A stretch of DNA of 64,000 nucleotides from positions 121,458,001-121,522,000 of the forward strand of contig NC_042998.1 of assembly GCF_006345805.1 (NCBI RefSeq), read 5' to 3'. The notes beneath the pieces are model-generated. The model ran no database searches. It was not told the origin of the DNA and saw only the letters and a list, made by a program, of their open reading frames with translations. Of this stretch, positions 50,521 to 64,000 are shown in pieces. Every line of letters begins with the position of its first letter. Within the stretch, counting starts at the first letter, position 1. A program made the translations under genes and the position numbers. The stretch comes from Octopus sinensis. Taxonomy: Eukaryota.

Positions 50521-51037
50521 AGCCGCAGATAGATTATGAGGTGAGAGTTGCTGTCTGTAGTCTATATTTAGTTCAGATTTACAATGGTTGTACCTTAGAA
50601 CAGCGATTCATGTGTTATTTGTCACACTCAAAATGAGCTTTTGGTTTTAAAGAGCTCATTGAACTCTTTAGTCTTGGATTCTTTTAAAGATATGTTATTT
50701 CCAAAGTTGGCTAATTCGACTGACATACCAACTACATGGATTTTTGGTAGGTCAGTCAACCACACTTTACTCCTCACCTTATACGGCCCAAAGTGCGATG
50801 CAAATGCCTTAAGTGTGAAATTCATTTCATCATATGTATACCAATTTTCTTCCCCCACAATTGATTTATTGCTTCCATACAAGTTAAGAACAGAGCCTAT
50901 ACGGAACAGCAGGAATTCTTGTGCTGCAGCAATAACAAATTAAACATACCTTTGTGCTGTATATAAATAACCCTTACAAGATCACTGTTATCTAATTTGA
51001 ACCAATGAAGGTTATCGGTTACCAATTTTATCTTCAG

Positions 51038-51123
51038 GATCGAGTATTAAAAGAGCAAGAAGAACAACGTCGACAGGAAAAAGTTGACAGAGAGTGGAAA
51101 CGCATGGAATGGGAACGTCAAAG
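51038..51123 (+). CDS. BRD4: BET CTD exon (DRVLKEQEEQRRQEKVDREWKRMEWERQ)
   Basis: cttcag / gtgaag. 86 nt, phase 0-2. Charged coiled coil. Confidence 0.9.
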
Positions 51124-52803
51124 GTGAAGAAATTTATTGCTAATATCTCTAGATTATTGAGACTAATGTTCAAACAATTATATAACAGGCAAAGTGGAAT
51201 AGTGATTAAATATCCCACACTAAGATTATATTATTTATCCTTATTACATAGTCTTTGGGTTTATTTGGGGTTTTTTTTTTTTGGCTGGAGGAGTCAGTAA
51301 ATTTGTACATTTGCAGTTATAGGTGGGAGCAAGTGTTTTCACAATTTGTACTTGACAGTCTGTCTCTCTTTTTTTCTTTCTTTACTCCTCACTGATTTTT
51401 TTGTATGCCATTATTATCTTGGTTCACCATGCCAGACATAAATAAAGTCAAAAACAGTTACTGACCTTATACAAAGTGTGTGTTCACATCAACATTCAGA
51501 ACAGCTTCTGAGAAAAGACCATGTTGAAACTTCGCTACATCTGCATTTATACTGATTAGCTGCTGTTTCTTTGTTTTTTGCTGCTATAACTATAATTGTT
51601 CTGGCTTATCTAAACTTGCAAGTTGTCTACCACCACCACTCCTGACCATACTTAATTCACCTATGTCCTCTTTCCATTACCTCAAACTCTGCACCATACA
51701 CTTTGATCAATCTTTCCTCCCTAGAATCAGCTATTTGGAGCTCATGCAAGTTGTATTCATAGGCACAACTGTTTATAAAGAGCTTATTTTTATATTTAGT
51801 ATTTCCTTATTAGTCCTTAAATTTGAACAAAGTTTTTTTGTTGTTAATGTTTCTAGACGATGCCATTTATTTTTGTTTTGGGATGAAATGGTTACTGGTG
51901 GCATTTCTTAGCATTAATTTATAGCAAATAAAATCACAGTGATGCTATTGTTATCATCAGATACAGCATTTTTGCATTTTAGGACCATGTTTCTTTCAGT
52001 GATGTTCACAAACTGGTTTTAGCTTCTTACTGTATTATACTATTTGTGTGTTAACTTTTAAGTTCTATTTTGCTATCCATTCCACAATCCCTTCAAGTGA
52101 CAAAATTTAGAAATTTAGAAACAAGTATGAAAGTTGTAAATTTTTATGACTGCTACTTTATATGCAATTACAAAGATTTTCTCATTAGCTGAATCTCAAC
52201 TGCAGCTAGAAGTTATTGCAACATACTGCACCAAAAAGAAAATCTGTCTTTGAGAATAACAGCCTTCCACCAAAATATAACTGTTAATGTCCAAAGTTTT
52301 TTTGGAATATGTGCCTGGTTTTTCTGGTGTCAAACACTGTCATTTAAATGTGTGTAAATTGAGATTGGTAATCAGGCCTTGCCCAGTGACTGACAAAAGT
52401 AATTATAACTCGTAAGAGTTGCATTTCTCATACTGTAGACACTGACAGTCATTTGAATGTTGCTAATGTATTTCTGATCTTATTTCTTATACATTATATA
52501 ATTCTTTGTTAACTATTTCGAAAATTATTTTCATTAGCTTCCAAAAGAAATTTCACTATTCATTATAGTTCAGTATTCTTGTCAGACAGGGTGGGTTTAA
52601 AAAAATGGAACTGCCTTAATTTACATACAAATAAGGCAAATTACTTTCTCAAAATGTTATTTCTGCAATGTAAATATTTGTTGAAGCACTATCCTTGGTC
52701 TGTCTGTTTCAAAATTGCACATTTTAATGATGGTAATGTTTTTTATGCTTTGCAATCTTTGTCTTATCTAGATGAGTTCTTATATAAAATATTTATCTTG
52801 CAG

Positions 52804-52963
52804 AGAACGTGAAGAAGAAGAAGCTTTTGAACAAGTTCGAAAGGCACAAGCTTTGGCTCAGCATGAAGAAACTGTTAGATTGCAGGAACTAGAAATGAGT
52901 CGAATGCATGCTCAGAAAGAAAGAGAAAGATTAAAAGAACAGGAGAGGCGACGACGAGAAGCG
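52804..52963 (+). CDS. BRD4: BET CTD exon (REREEEEAFEQVRKAQ...RERLKEQERRRREA)
   Basis: ttgcag / gtaaaa. 160 nt, phase 2-0. EQERRRREA is the BRD4 CTD signature. Confidence 0.94.
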
Positions 52964-53599
52964 GTAAAATATTTGATTTTTTGCTTTTGTTTAGGTTTTT
53001 GGTTTTGGACATGTTTTATTTCATAATTGAATAATATATTGCCAACTGGTTTTCTGAAAAGGAATTTATAAACTATTGTAAAATGTTTGTTCAACATGAA
53101 AAAATAGAATTTATATAAGTATTTCTATATAGTTTGGTATTAATGTATTCCTATCTATACAAGTTCTGATGAAGTCTTGTAAATATGAGCATTTAAAGCA
53201 CTTTAGCTGTTATTTATCAGTTTGCACTTACTTGTAATAACTCCAGCTAGTATGAAGGCAAATTATTTATCATTGTTTTCATGCTGACATGGGTTAGATA
53301 GTTAAAGAACCAAGAGCCAGAAGACTGCATCAAGCTCCATTGTCTTTGTTGGCATACTTTCTACTCATGCTAGTGACCATTTAATGTTATTCTTCCTCTG
53401 TCATATTCTATTTTCAAGTTTTGGAAATTTCAACCTAAAAAACAGTACCCATCACCTTTTCTAGCCCTACAAAATTCTAAAATTTGTTACTTGAAAACAG
53501 CATAGTTTTAGATATATGAACAGTACTATATAGAATGCTTTGTGGATGGCCAACAACTGGAGTAGTATTTAACTTACAGAAAAGGTTTAGTCTTTGAGA

Positions 53600-54620
53600 T
53601 GCATTTGAAACTCTAGTTACAATTGGTGTGGCTTACAAAGAAAAGATAGTCGCAGCTGGAATGCTTTTGATTATGAGAATATGCCTATGGTCAAACAACA
53701 GCAAATTTTCATGTTTATTATTAAGGCTGTGAAGACTGAGAAAGCCCTTGGTTCATCAGGAATTATCGCCAAGATGCTTCAAATATCTGGTAGTGAGATG
53801 TATCCTAGTCACTTCTGTAGTTAATTGGGTTGTCCAAGTATGGGTCATATCCAGTAACTAGTGTAGCAGCATTATTGTCAGCTGCTACAACAGTGGATGT
53901 ACCTTAGAAATAATTACAGAAGTATCAAATTGCTGGGCTAGGTCATAAAAGTTACAGAAAGGGTCATACAGAAAGCGCATTAACCTAGATGAGATGAAAT
54001 TTGGTTTTATGACAAGTGCAGAAGTATTTAGCCAAAAATAAACTGCTGTACATTTGTCAACATGGGGAAATCCTTTGACAAGTTTACTCTCATATGATGG
54101 TCCAATCATAAACTCTAACCTCTCATTGCCTGGTGCTAAGCCACCTTTCTCAGTATTACTCCCACCTCAGGAAAGCAAATTACAAATCACTTTGCAAATC
54201 ACTTTTTATACACTCTGTTCAGTGTTTAAAAATTCTGTTTTGTATGCCCAGTGCAAGCTAGGTGCAGTGAAATCACAGGTAGGTTAACAAAGAGAGTAGT
54301 TTTTGTGTGTGGCAGATGCACAGGAACAGTAAACACTACGAGCACACAAGAAATAGTTTTCATCAAATCCCCAGGGGGGTCCTTAGAGAGAGTAGATAAT
54401 TTTTGTGACTTAAGAGATCATATTAGCAGTGAAGGATGATGCTCTGAAAGTTAGATAAGAACTGGTTGAGCAAAGTTCAAAGAGCTATTACCTTTGTTGG
54501 TAGCAAAAGGCCTCTCCGTCAGAGTGAAGGGCAAATAGTATGATATTTGTACATGAACAACAGTGGGATGTTAGTGTGCATGTACAACAGTGTGTTTTGA
54601 GAGAGAAATTGAGTATAAGA
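53600..54620 (+). mobile_element. Decayed RTE RT fragments (a further piece at ~55563-55990)
   Basis: KALGSSGI..EMLQISG, LDEMKFGF, cccagtgcaagcta...ggaagattaa, all homologous to 27863-29360. Confidence 0.7.
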
Positions 54621-55471
54621 GGCATCAGGTGGTGTGTGCGGCATAATAATCAAAACAACTGCATAAAGGGGTGCTGATCTTTGGATGTGGAGGGAACCTG
54701 TGTAAGAGGAAGACAAAATGAGGGGAAATGATTTTCAGATGTTGAACCTTACAGTGTAGATGGTGATAGCAATTTGCTGAGCTTCAAAAGATGCAGCCAG
54801 TGATGTAAAAAAACAAGAGCAAACCTACCTGCACTCTATGTCCCTGTTTAATCTCTTCTCACAACATATCCTCCTAACACCATCTCTCTCTATCTGTGCC
54901 CACTTGCTATATTACCCTTCCCACCATCTCCAACTCTTCTTTTGCATTCTCATGAACTTACCCATCTATTCATCCTACTCCATCCCTGCTCCATTACATC
55001 TTCACCATCTTATCTTTCCTGCCTCTCATTAGCTGGGGTAGCCATGTATCTCCTCTGTGGAAAGACATCTATTTCTCTCCCTATTCAAACTCTAACTTCT
55101 CATTGCCTGGTACTAAGCCACCTTTCTCAGTATTACTCATATTTCGTCTGTCTTTACCTTCTGAATACAAATTCTGCTGAGGTCAACTTTGCCTTTCATC
55201 CTTTTGGGGTTGATGAATTAAGGATCAGTTGTGTACTGGGGTCAATCTAATTGACTGAGCACCTAAAAATTTTAGGCCTTGTGCCTAGAGTAGAAAAAAA
55301 TATTTATTTTTGCTTGCAGTTCTTTTGGTCAAACTATCGTATTTCCTGCTACTTCAGATGCCAAGATATCAAAAATTGTCAAAGTGTAGTACAACAGTTT
55401 TGCTATGGAATGGTGAAACTATTTTTTCGTTTTCTGAAAAAGCAATGTTTTGTACTTAGAAAACTTTTGCA

Positions 55472-55472
<1 letters not shown>

Positions 55473-55561
<89 letters not shown>
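55473..55561. repeat. (TA)n(CA)n microsatellite; others include (TA)n at 24590-24633, 27779-27843 and 63366-63420, (TTA)n/(TCA)n at 58248-58340, (CT)n at 58882-58937
   Basis: Read directly from the sequence. Confidence 0.95.
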
Positions 55562-55565
<4 letters not shown>

Positions 55566-56318
55566 GTACCCAGTGCAAGCTATAGACGCATGAGGTGCAG
55601 TGGAATAGTAGGAAGATTAAACGAAAAAGTAGTGTTTGTGGAAGATGTACTGCAACCATAAAGACTATAGATATGTGGGAAACTGATTTCCTCAAATGTC
55701 CCAGAGGCTTTTTAGAAGTAGTAATTTTTGTTACCTAGGTGACCTCATTAGTAGTTGAGGAGGATGTATTGAAAGTATAATTGGTAGAATAAGAATAGAG
55801 TGGAGGAAGTTCAAAGAGCTTTTACCTATGTTTGACCCCCAAAGGTGTGTGTGTCTCTTTCTCTCTCTCTTAGTAAAAAGAAGGTTGTATTATGCCTGTG
55901 CATGGGCTACAATGCTGCGTGGTAATGAGATATGGGCCCTGAATGCAGAGGACATGCAAAAGAACTAGTATTGAAAGCTGACCTCACAATGCTGAGCCTT
56001 AAAAAGATGGCAAAGGATGAAAGTTCTATGGTGTACTGCTATACAAGACAACCTGCCTTCCACAGCAGAACAGAATTGATATCTTAAAACCACCTTGGTG
56101 TTATTTACCCATGAAGAGCACTGGTGCCACATAAAAAGCATTTGTAAAGTGGTTGATGTTTGGGAGGCCATCCCACTGTACAAACCAAGTCAATACAGAC
56201 TATAGAACCTGGTGTGGCTCCTGTGAAACTGTCCGATCCTTGTCAGCATGGTAAACGGACATTAAATGATGATATAGAATTTTATTTATATATATATATG
56301 TGTATATGTATATATATA

Positions 56319-56640
56319 TGTCGGTGGCACGTAAAAAGCACCATCCAAATCTTGGCCAAAGCCAGTGCCGCCTCGACTGGCTTCCGTGCAGGTGCCACGT
56401 AAAATGCACCAATCCGACCGTGGCCGATGCCAGCCTCGCCTGGCACCAGTGCAGGTGGCACATAAAAAGCACCCACTACACTCATGGAGTGGTTGGCGTT
56501 AGGAAGGGCATCCAGCTGTAGAAACATTGCCAGATAAGACCGGAGCCCGGTGCAGCCTTCTGGCTTCCCAGATCCCCGGTCGAACCGTCCAACCCATGCT
56601 AGCATGGAGAACGGACGTTAAATGATGATGATGATGATGA
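56319..56640 (+). mobile_element. RTE 3' UTR-only copy
   Basis: Collinear with 22480-22778. Ends gacgttaaatgatgatgatgatgatga. Confidence 0.85.
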
Positions 56641-56646
56641 TATATA

Positions 56647-56705
<59 letters not shown>

Positions 56706-56851
56706 TAATGTTTGCATAACTTAGAAGAATAGCTAATGTTTGAAAATCTTGAAATTGAAGAATATTTTGTTTGTATAATTATTTCTTTATTATCAATAAT
56801 AGAAAACATTTTAGGCTAAATTTAATGGTGCTTTTTGTTTTCTCTTTTCAG

Positions 56852-56917
56852 ACGGCAAACCAGATTGATTTGAATGAACAGAGTGACTTAATGGCATCAT
56901 TTGAAGGCATGCTCTGA
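56852..56917 (+). CDS. BRD4: BET terminal exon, P-TEFb-interacting motif (TANQIDLNEQSDLMASFEGML*)
   Basis: cttttcag acceptor, TGA at 56915-56917. Resembles BRD4 IDMNFQSDLLSIFEENLF*. Confidence 0.95.
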   Translation, partial: TANQIDLNEQSDLMASFEGML

Positions 56918-58249
56918 GATGAAATATGGCTGTTAGTCATCCAACGACTTAAGTTTGTCTGCTGTTGTTTTCTGCTACCACTGCCTCCATATACACTGAG
57001 ATTGTGTGAATGTGTGTGTGTGTGTATGCGTGTGTGCATGATTCTGTGATTGTATATGGTATTAGTGGTCTTAGTTCTTGTCAAACTGTCTACAGCAGCA
57101 GACTACTGCCACTGTTGCCGCTCTCATTATTATCCCTCTTCATTTCAAGTTTGGCTGACTGGCGACTTCTTGGACACTTGGCTTGTATTGACCACTCAGG
57201 GGGAAAAGCCACCTAGAATTTTTGTGGCAATGTCTGCTATTATCATGGAGATGACAATAATAATGAAAATCTAATCTAAACCAAACAACAAATATTTCTA
57301 GTGAAGGACAGCAAGTGCTGCTTGACAATTGAAATGACCATAAACACCATTTACTACCAACACTAGAAGATGTTTTGAAACAAGGCTATACTAATTTTTA
57401 TTTTTTATTTCTGTTTAGGTAGGAAGGAAAGCCATTGCTGTTTCTCTTCATTCTTCATTGTTTGTTGTTTGGTAATAATTTATTCCAACAATCTACTTTA
57501 ACCTTCCTACTGCCTATTTACAACATAAACACTTCAGCTTTTGTGTTTCATTCCTTGTCTCGTACCATTTGGTGCTGTCATACACACACCACCGCCATTG
57601 TCATCATCATCTTCATTGCCACTATCATCATCATCATCATCACCACCACCACCACCACCACTACCTTTGTGGTTGTAGATATTGCTGTTGTTGACAGTTA
57701 TTATAAAAAGGCAGTAGAAAAACTATTAAATTAATGTGAGTATGTATACACACAGGCATGCTCACTGGCACACCAACCCAAACATGATCTCAGTTTGCTT
57801 GAGAAGACATCTGCATTTTTTTTTTCTTCTTTTTCTATGTTACAAGTTGGGAAACATTGTCAGTAATCTGTAAAATGGATGTCTACGACTGATCCCCCCA
57901 CCCTTTCTCATTGCTATCAATTTATTTCTTTTGTAATTTTCTTTGGTGTCTTGTCCACTGCTATATTTTGTTTTCCCCCTGATTGCCAGGATTACCGTCA
58001 ACACAATGCTACTGTATTCCCAGAAACGCATGTAATTGATACTCTGTGTGTGTGTGTGTGTGTGCGCGCGTGCGCTATTAACATTGCAGTCATGAAGCAA
58101 GGTCGTGTTGCTCTTAGAATTATGACAAACAGTGACAATAATAATAATGTGTGGTGATGAGGCTAGTCTTGATTAGCATGACTTTGATGTACCATTCCCA
58201 TGCAGCTTACATTTACTGGATTTGTTTTAATCCCACTCGTTTTGTTTTG

Positions 58250-58292
<43 letters not shown>

Positions 58293-58721
58293 CATTATTA
58301 TCATCATCATCATTCATCATCATCATCATCATTATTATTAATATTATTTCCCTGCTTGTGGGTGTATTTGAGCATGCAAGTGTAACACCATTAAGACTTT
58401 ACTCATGATATGGGTGTGGATTTCAACTATAACTATACTACTACTACTATTACTACTACTACTACTACTAGACCTCACTGTACATTGTCATTGCTCATTT
58501 CTTGATCCTCCAATCACTATACCTTTCTTGTACAGTTAATGTGTGTATGTATGATTAGATATGCATGTACATGCCATTGTTGTGATATATGTATATATAT
58601 TTATATATGTATATGTTCAGTACTTGTAGCCAGGCTGCTGCCACTGCTCTAACACACACTGGTAATATTTGGAACTTTTACAGTTATCAGAAAAATAATT
58701 GAAACCTGTCATTAGAAAAAA

Positions 58722-58792
58722 AATAAACAAAAATTTACAGAAAAAAACCCATTAATTTCTTGTAAAAAAAAGTCAATAAAAATCCTAATAAA
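58722..58792 (+). terminator. Cluster of three AATAAA (58722, 58775, 58787): candidate long-isoform poly(A) region
   Basis: Hexamers seen directly. Further candidates at 59593-59602 and 62643. Confidence 0.35.
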
Positions 58793-58881
58793 ATCTGAAA
58801 AAAGACAATTGGAGAAAAAAGCAGTATAGCTTTTCTTCTCTCCTTTTTTTTTTCTCTGGAAACAATATATAATTTGTTAGC

Positions 58882-58938
<57 letters not shown>

Positions 58939-59339
58939 TTGTGCACTTGTATATTATAACCAGACACAGAGAGATTGTGTGTTGTGTACAGAAAACTTGC
59001 TGGCTTTTTCTTTTAGTTTACATTTCTTCAGGTAACAAATCTTTTATTTTTAATATTTAAACGTGCTCCTTTAATGCTAGGCCTTTTTATATTTTTATTG
59101 CAATCATTCAGTTTATTTAAACAAAACTTCCCTCTCCCTTAAATTTTGCTACCATCATATAAATGAAATCATGTGTATCTGTGCATTGCAGTTTGGGGTT
59201 GGGAGGAGGTTAATGACACAAAAAAAAAACCTCAAGAATGATCTTTTAAAATTACTTAATGTTTATTAATTTCTTAGTTTGTGGGTTGGAGGGAATCCAT
59301 TTAGCATGATACCTAATAACATTTTTATTAGGAAACTCG

Positions 59340-59377
<38 letters not shown>

Positions 59378-62300
59378 GAATGTAGAGTAACAGTATAGAG
59401 ATCATTCATTTGTACCAGTATTGATTGTATTTGTCTAGTTGACCATGTAATTTAGTGTTTAGTTTTATACATAGTTCTCGAGAATCTCTAGTTTCCATTT
59501 GATTTTTAAGCAGTGTTTCTGTTATTGAACTCATTAAACAAACAAAAGCAGCAACAACAAAAAAAGCCATTTGTATAATTCAGATTCATTTCAATAAATA
59601 AAATATTCCTTAGGTTATATATTAGATAAGAATGAATCAGTTTTGAAACAAAGTAGCTCAGATATCTACTAATTTACTTCCTTGCTTTGTATTAATTGAA
59701 AAACCTTTTTGGAATTTCTGATATTTTTCTGTTCAACTATAAATATTTATCAATAAGAAAGGTCCAGTTTTTCATTCAGTTTCTTATTCAAATACTAAAT
59801 ATTGTTTTAAGCTATTGTATTACACATTCTCTTTTACTAAGTTAATTTGCCTCTGTTTGCTAATTCTACTGTAGCAGAAAGTCTTATTGCTAAACCATGC
59901 TTCATGCTATTAAAATCATACATATAATGGCAATTGGATTATTCATACAAACTAGATACACCAGTGATGATAGCTGCTGTCACTAAAATATCCAGTTGAT
60001 ATTGTTAATAGTAGTAATTGTTGTACGCATTGTTTTACCTCTCATAGTTTTACTGTTGTTATCTCTCACTTTCAGCTGCTACTTTCAGCATATTACAGCA
60101 GCAATAGTGGTGGTAGTAGTTAGAGGGCAATGATGGTAATGATTGTAACTAGAATAGTTAACTGGCAAAATTTCTCCCTTTTCTCTTTCTTTATCTCTCA
60201 TAATGTGCCTCTAGATATGACTAAAATATCTTTAACAGACTTTTTCTTTGTCAGATATTCAAAACTTACAATTTAGAATATCTTTGGTAGACAGATATTT
60301 GTTGTCATCAAATCTGCTTCTTAACATTATTACTTACCTCAACTTGCTAACAATGGTGTATTTCTAATCCACCTGATGCAGGTTGTTACATGATTAAACT
60401 GCATTTTACACACATTCCCATACACAGATTTCATATGGAAGAAGTGGGTTAGGGTGCTGTTGGAAATAATAGACTTTCAGAATTAAAATGAAGATCTGGA
60501 AAATATATCCAATTTTAATAGATAAATCTCCAAACACTGATTCAGATGTGTGTATTACCTTTGAATGTAAAAATATTCTCTAGCTGTGGGTATTGGTTTT
60601 ACATACTTGATGTGTTCTCCTATAGCGCAACATTTGTATAAAATATTAAGTGGGAAAAGTGTTAGTTCAGTAGCACTTTATCTGCTAGTTAAGCAAAGCT
60701 TTACATATTACAGCTAGTATTGTACTATGTACAATGAGAAAGCTGTTTTACTTTGTTGATAATCATGTAGAAGCTCACTCAACCTTTTTTGTTTTATTTT
60801 CCTTGCAGTAATTTGCTCTTTCAACTATCTGCCACCACCTTTTATTTATTTTTTTTTAAATGTAGTTTTATGTCACATGTTAAAAACCAATATTAATTAA
60901 ACAGTACTTAATCTGAAGCATTAATTATACTTGGTTTATCTTGTACAGATCCCTCTCCCTCTCCTCTTCTCTCTTCATTAGTATCCTTCTTGCATTAGAT
61001 TCTTGCTTATCCTGAAATCACTAAATATTAGTCATTTTGTATTAAGATTAATTCTGGAAAGATGTCTCCATGCCAGCACTTTAATTGTAGATTGGGGAAT
61101 GTCACTTGATAATTGTATGATTGCATCAACAAGTCAAAGTATTGTAGGTTTATCAACAGCTAACAAGTGTCCTTCTCTTTATGTAGCTGTTACATAATCA
61201 CTTGTCTCTCTGTAATGTTCCATTTGAAGCTGCTTGGAGATATTTTGTTGCCCCTTGTATATTTATAATTCCCCACCCTTGATTCGTGTCACTTTCAATC
61301 ACTACTACATACACATTTTGGTAAACGGTAGGTACTTTATTTTATATATTTTTTAAATATAGTTAAACATGGCCTTAGCTCCTCATATGATGTAAATTGG
61401 ACTTGGAGCAGATTATCTGATGCAATGTTTTTTGTTTCTCTCCATTTCAATGTTTACAGTTATTTCATTTCAAGTTAACATTTCACATAAACAGGAGCAC
61501 CAATTGAAATCTCTCTCTCTCTCTCTTTTTTTTTTTTTTTTCAGGCATGTTTGCTAGATTTTATTTGTTTGTCTCTCAAATATAACCTATTTTCTTATTG
61601 TCATGACAGGTGTAAACTTGGGTTAGTTGTTGCCTCTATGAGGAAAGTAACTTGATGTACATTATAAATGACCTGTAGGCATTGACATACTTCTGCTTGT
61701 GGCAGTTTCACTAGACCTGTAGAATTAACATTTCCCAGTTCACATGTATAGTGATAATGAAGTAATTTTCATCAGATATTTAATACAATAATAAAATCGC
61801 ATTACATTCAACTAGGCAAAAAGAAATAATCTCATTTAGCAATGTTTTTCCCCTTTTGCTGTTGCAGTTTTGGTGGCCTACTATTATATAGTACTCATAA
61901 TTTTTTTTGGATTTCTCATCTTTAAATGTAAAATATATAAAGCTGGGAAAGCAAATCAAACAGCAATTTATCATGCTTCAGTTTTCTTCTCAACTAACTA
62001 GATATGGGATTGCTCTTAACTTCATTGCTAATCTTTTAGTTATCTAATACATTGCTGCTCAATATATTTAAATTTTTAATTTCATTTATCTTTTGCATTG
62101 AATGGGTTGAGTGATAGTGTATACGTGTGTATATAAATATGGAATAGTGTGTGTGTGTACGTGTGTATATATATATATGCGCGCGCGTGTGTGTGTGTGT
62201 ATATATATGATCATTAATAGGATTCAATGTCAACTTGGCATTGTTGTTTCCTTCAAGTAATATTTTAGGTCCCTAAAGAACACACTCCAAGGTAACAATA

Positions 62301-63354
62301 TTGGTGTTTAGCTGAAATTCTATCATCCACTTATATGTTTGTAATGTTTTCCTTCCTTTTCTAATTTATATTTTGTTTATAATTTTCTTACCTTAAATAC
62401 ATTCTGAAGTCATTTTTATAGCCAATATTTTGTTAGAAACTCCTCCAGTGTCAGTGTTCACATCTCACTAAATATTTCGGTTACAACTAGTAAAAACTCA
62501 ATAATCAATCCATTATTGTATACCCTCATCTCCTTTTCACCTCTCCTATTTTCAGTGAATAATACTGTGGTGACTACTTTTACACCAACTGTTGTTCTTT
62601 CACATTGTTAATCTGTTTCATCAACCTGTCCACTATGTATGCAATAAAGTCTCAAATACTTAACTGTCTTGTTTTTCCTATCAACATGTTCTTGCTCTCA
62701 TATTGTCACTTTCTTCATGTAGTTAAAATCAAGCATGCAAGGCTACTTATAAAACTATGTTCTTGTCAAATTTGATGTTTATTACCAATTGGAGGGTCTT
62801 TTAAACTTTACCTATTTATGTTAAAATATTTACTTGAAGAGGATGTAGAACATGCCTTGAAATATAATAATTATTTCTATAAGCTCCTTGAGACATAGTT
62901 GCAGTTAGTTTCATTATTGTTACTGAATGGTTAACACTGTTTTCAAACTTCTTCTGCAATATAACATTACTTTAAAACTTTAAAATGACTTCAGTTATAG
63001 CTTTTAAGTTTAGTCAATCTAACTCAATCACCAGTGAAAGAAATAAGTATATCAGAATGGTTAGATAAATGCTATTGCAAGTTCTTAACAATTTCTGCAT
63101 CATTTGTTTGTTAAAATTCCAACTGATTTTTGAGTTGTTAAAATAATTAAAATTAATTATTTGCAAATCATAATTTTTTTTTTTCAAACCATACATCAAA
63201 AATTACTGTAGCTGTTATATTTCAGTCTCACTTTTTCACTGCAGAACTTTGGAATTGAATATCTATGTTTGGTTGCCTTTCAGTCTCTCTCATATTTTTA
63301 TTTATGAATATATATTTTAATATGTTCATGTGTTGGTGTGAATATATGCATTTA

Positions 63355-63422
<68 letters not shown>

Positions 63423-64000
63423 TTATATATATGCACACAACTACACGTGCTAAAAAAACTATAGACATATCATGCAGAAGTTTGCTGTCATTTTCATCCA
63501 TTGTACTTTGTTTTTTCTCCTTCCATTGCTATTTTCCATTTGATAATATAGATACAACATTATGCTATCTTTGAATACAAATAGTGGGAAATGAGACTGA
63601 GAAACAAAAATGGAAATGGGTAATAAAAAAAAAATTTTTTTTAACCCTTACTCAAGAGGAATGTTTACCAGAAATGCCTACTACTAAAGACTGACAATTT
63701 CATTAAAAGAACCAAGTGGCAAGCTTGCTAACGAAGTAGTGGATGAAATCAGCAGACTTACTAACTCTACCCCTTTGAAGGCAACTTGTTTGAACTAATC
63801 TAGAATATTAAATTTAGAAATTATAGATGCTACTTCCCAGTTGACCTCTGAAGAGAAATCATGTCAGTAAATGAATTTCAGAATTCAGCACAGTACGGAC
63901 AGATATAGAAATTTGTCAAATCTGGTAACACATGGGAGACAGGTGCGTATTTGAAGACAACAATAAGCATCTATGCAAAAACTCCAATAAATGAAATTAA

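Noticed and set aside
57435-58408. ORFs with poly-T/I/L/Y/H runs in the 3' region
   Set aside because: Translations of trinucleotide microsatellites.
62140-62210. Long alternating purine-pyrimidine tract (Z-DNA potential)
   Set aside because: Such (TG)/(TA)/(CG) mosaics are ubiquitous in this window (e.g. 12260-12295, 58040-58075), so there is no locus-specific signal.

Overview
Eukaryotic, AT-rich, repeat-laden animal DNA. The repeat families suggest a coleoid cephalopod such as Octopus; this is inference. The window is dominated by one + strand gene encoding the single invertebrate-type BET protein (BRD4/fs(1)h-like: BD1, BD2, ET, SEED, C-terminal P-TEFb-interacting motif). I traced 22 GT-AG coding exons by hand, from 6159 to the stop at 56917. 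They sum to 3468 nt, or 1155 aa plus stop; the start codon is not firmly located. A short BRD2/3-like isoform (760 aa from 6159) can be read by run-through of a donor site that contains a TAG stop (38646-38648). Three further candidate exons do not stand out in the ORF track: a 15-nt ATG-bearing microexon (3927-3941), a 96-nt phase-0 cassette (15701-15796), and a 60-nt phase-1 cassette (48670-48729) with twin UGCAUG motifs and a 174-nt AG-free zone. Introns carry CR1 and RTE LINEs (one CR1 RT ORF is intact and has a ~99% identical sister copy), tRNA-derived SINEs, TTAA and hAT MITEs, Tigger remnants, an internally deleted Helitron with a RepHel remnant, and a 78-bp-arm palindrome. In the 15-kb ET intron, inverted TE pairs are arranged concentrically. 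No rRNA, true tRNA, CRISPR or prokaryotic system is present. I see no convincing wholly new gene system. The best leads are the isoform/alternative-splicing architecture and the possible dsRNA (ADAR) structures.
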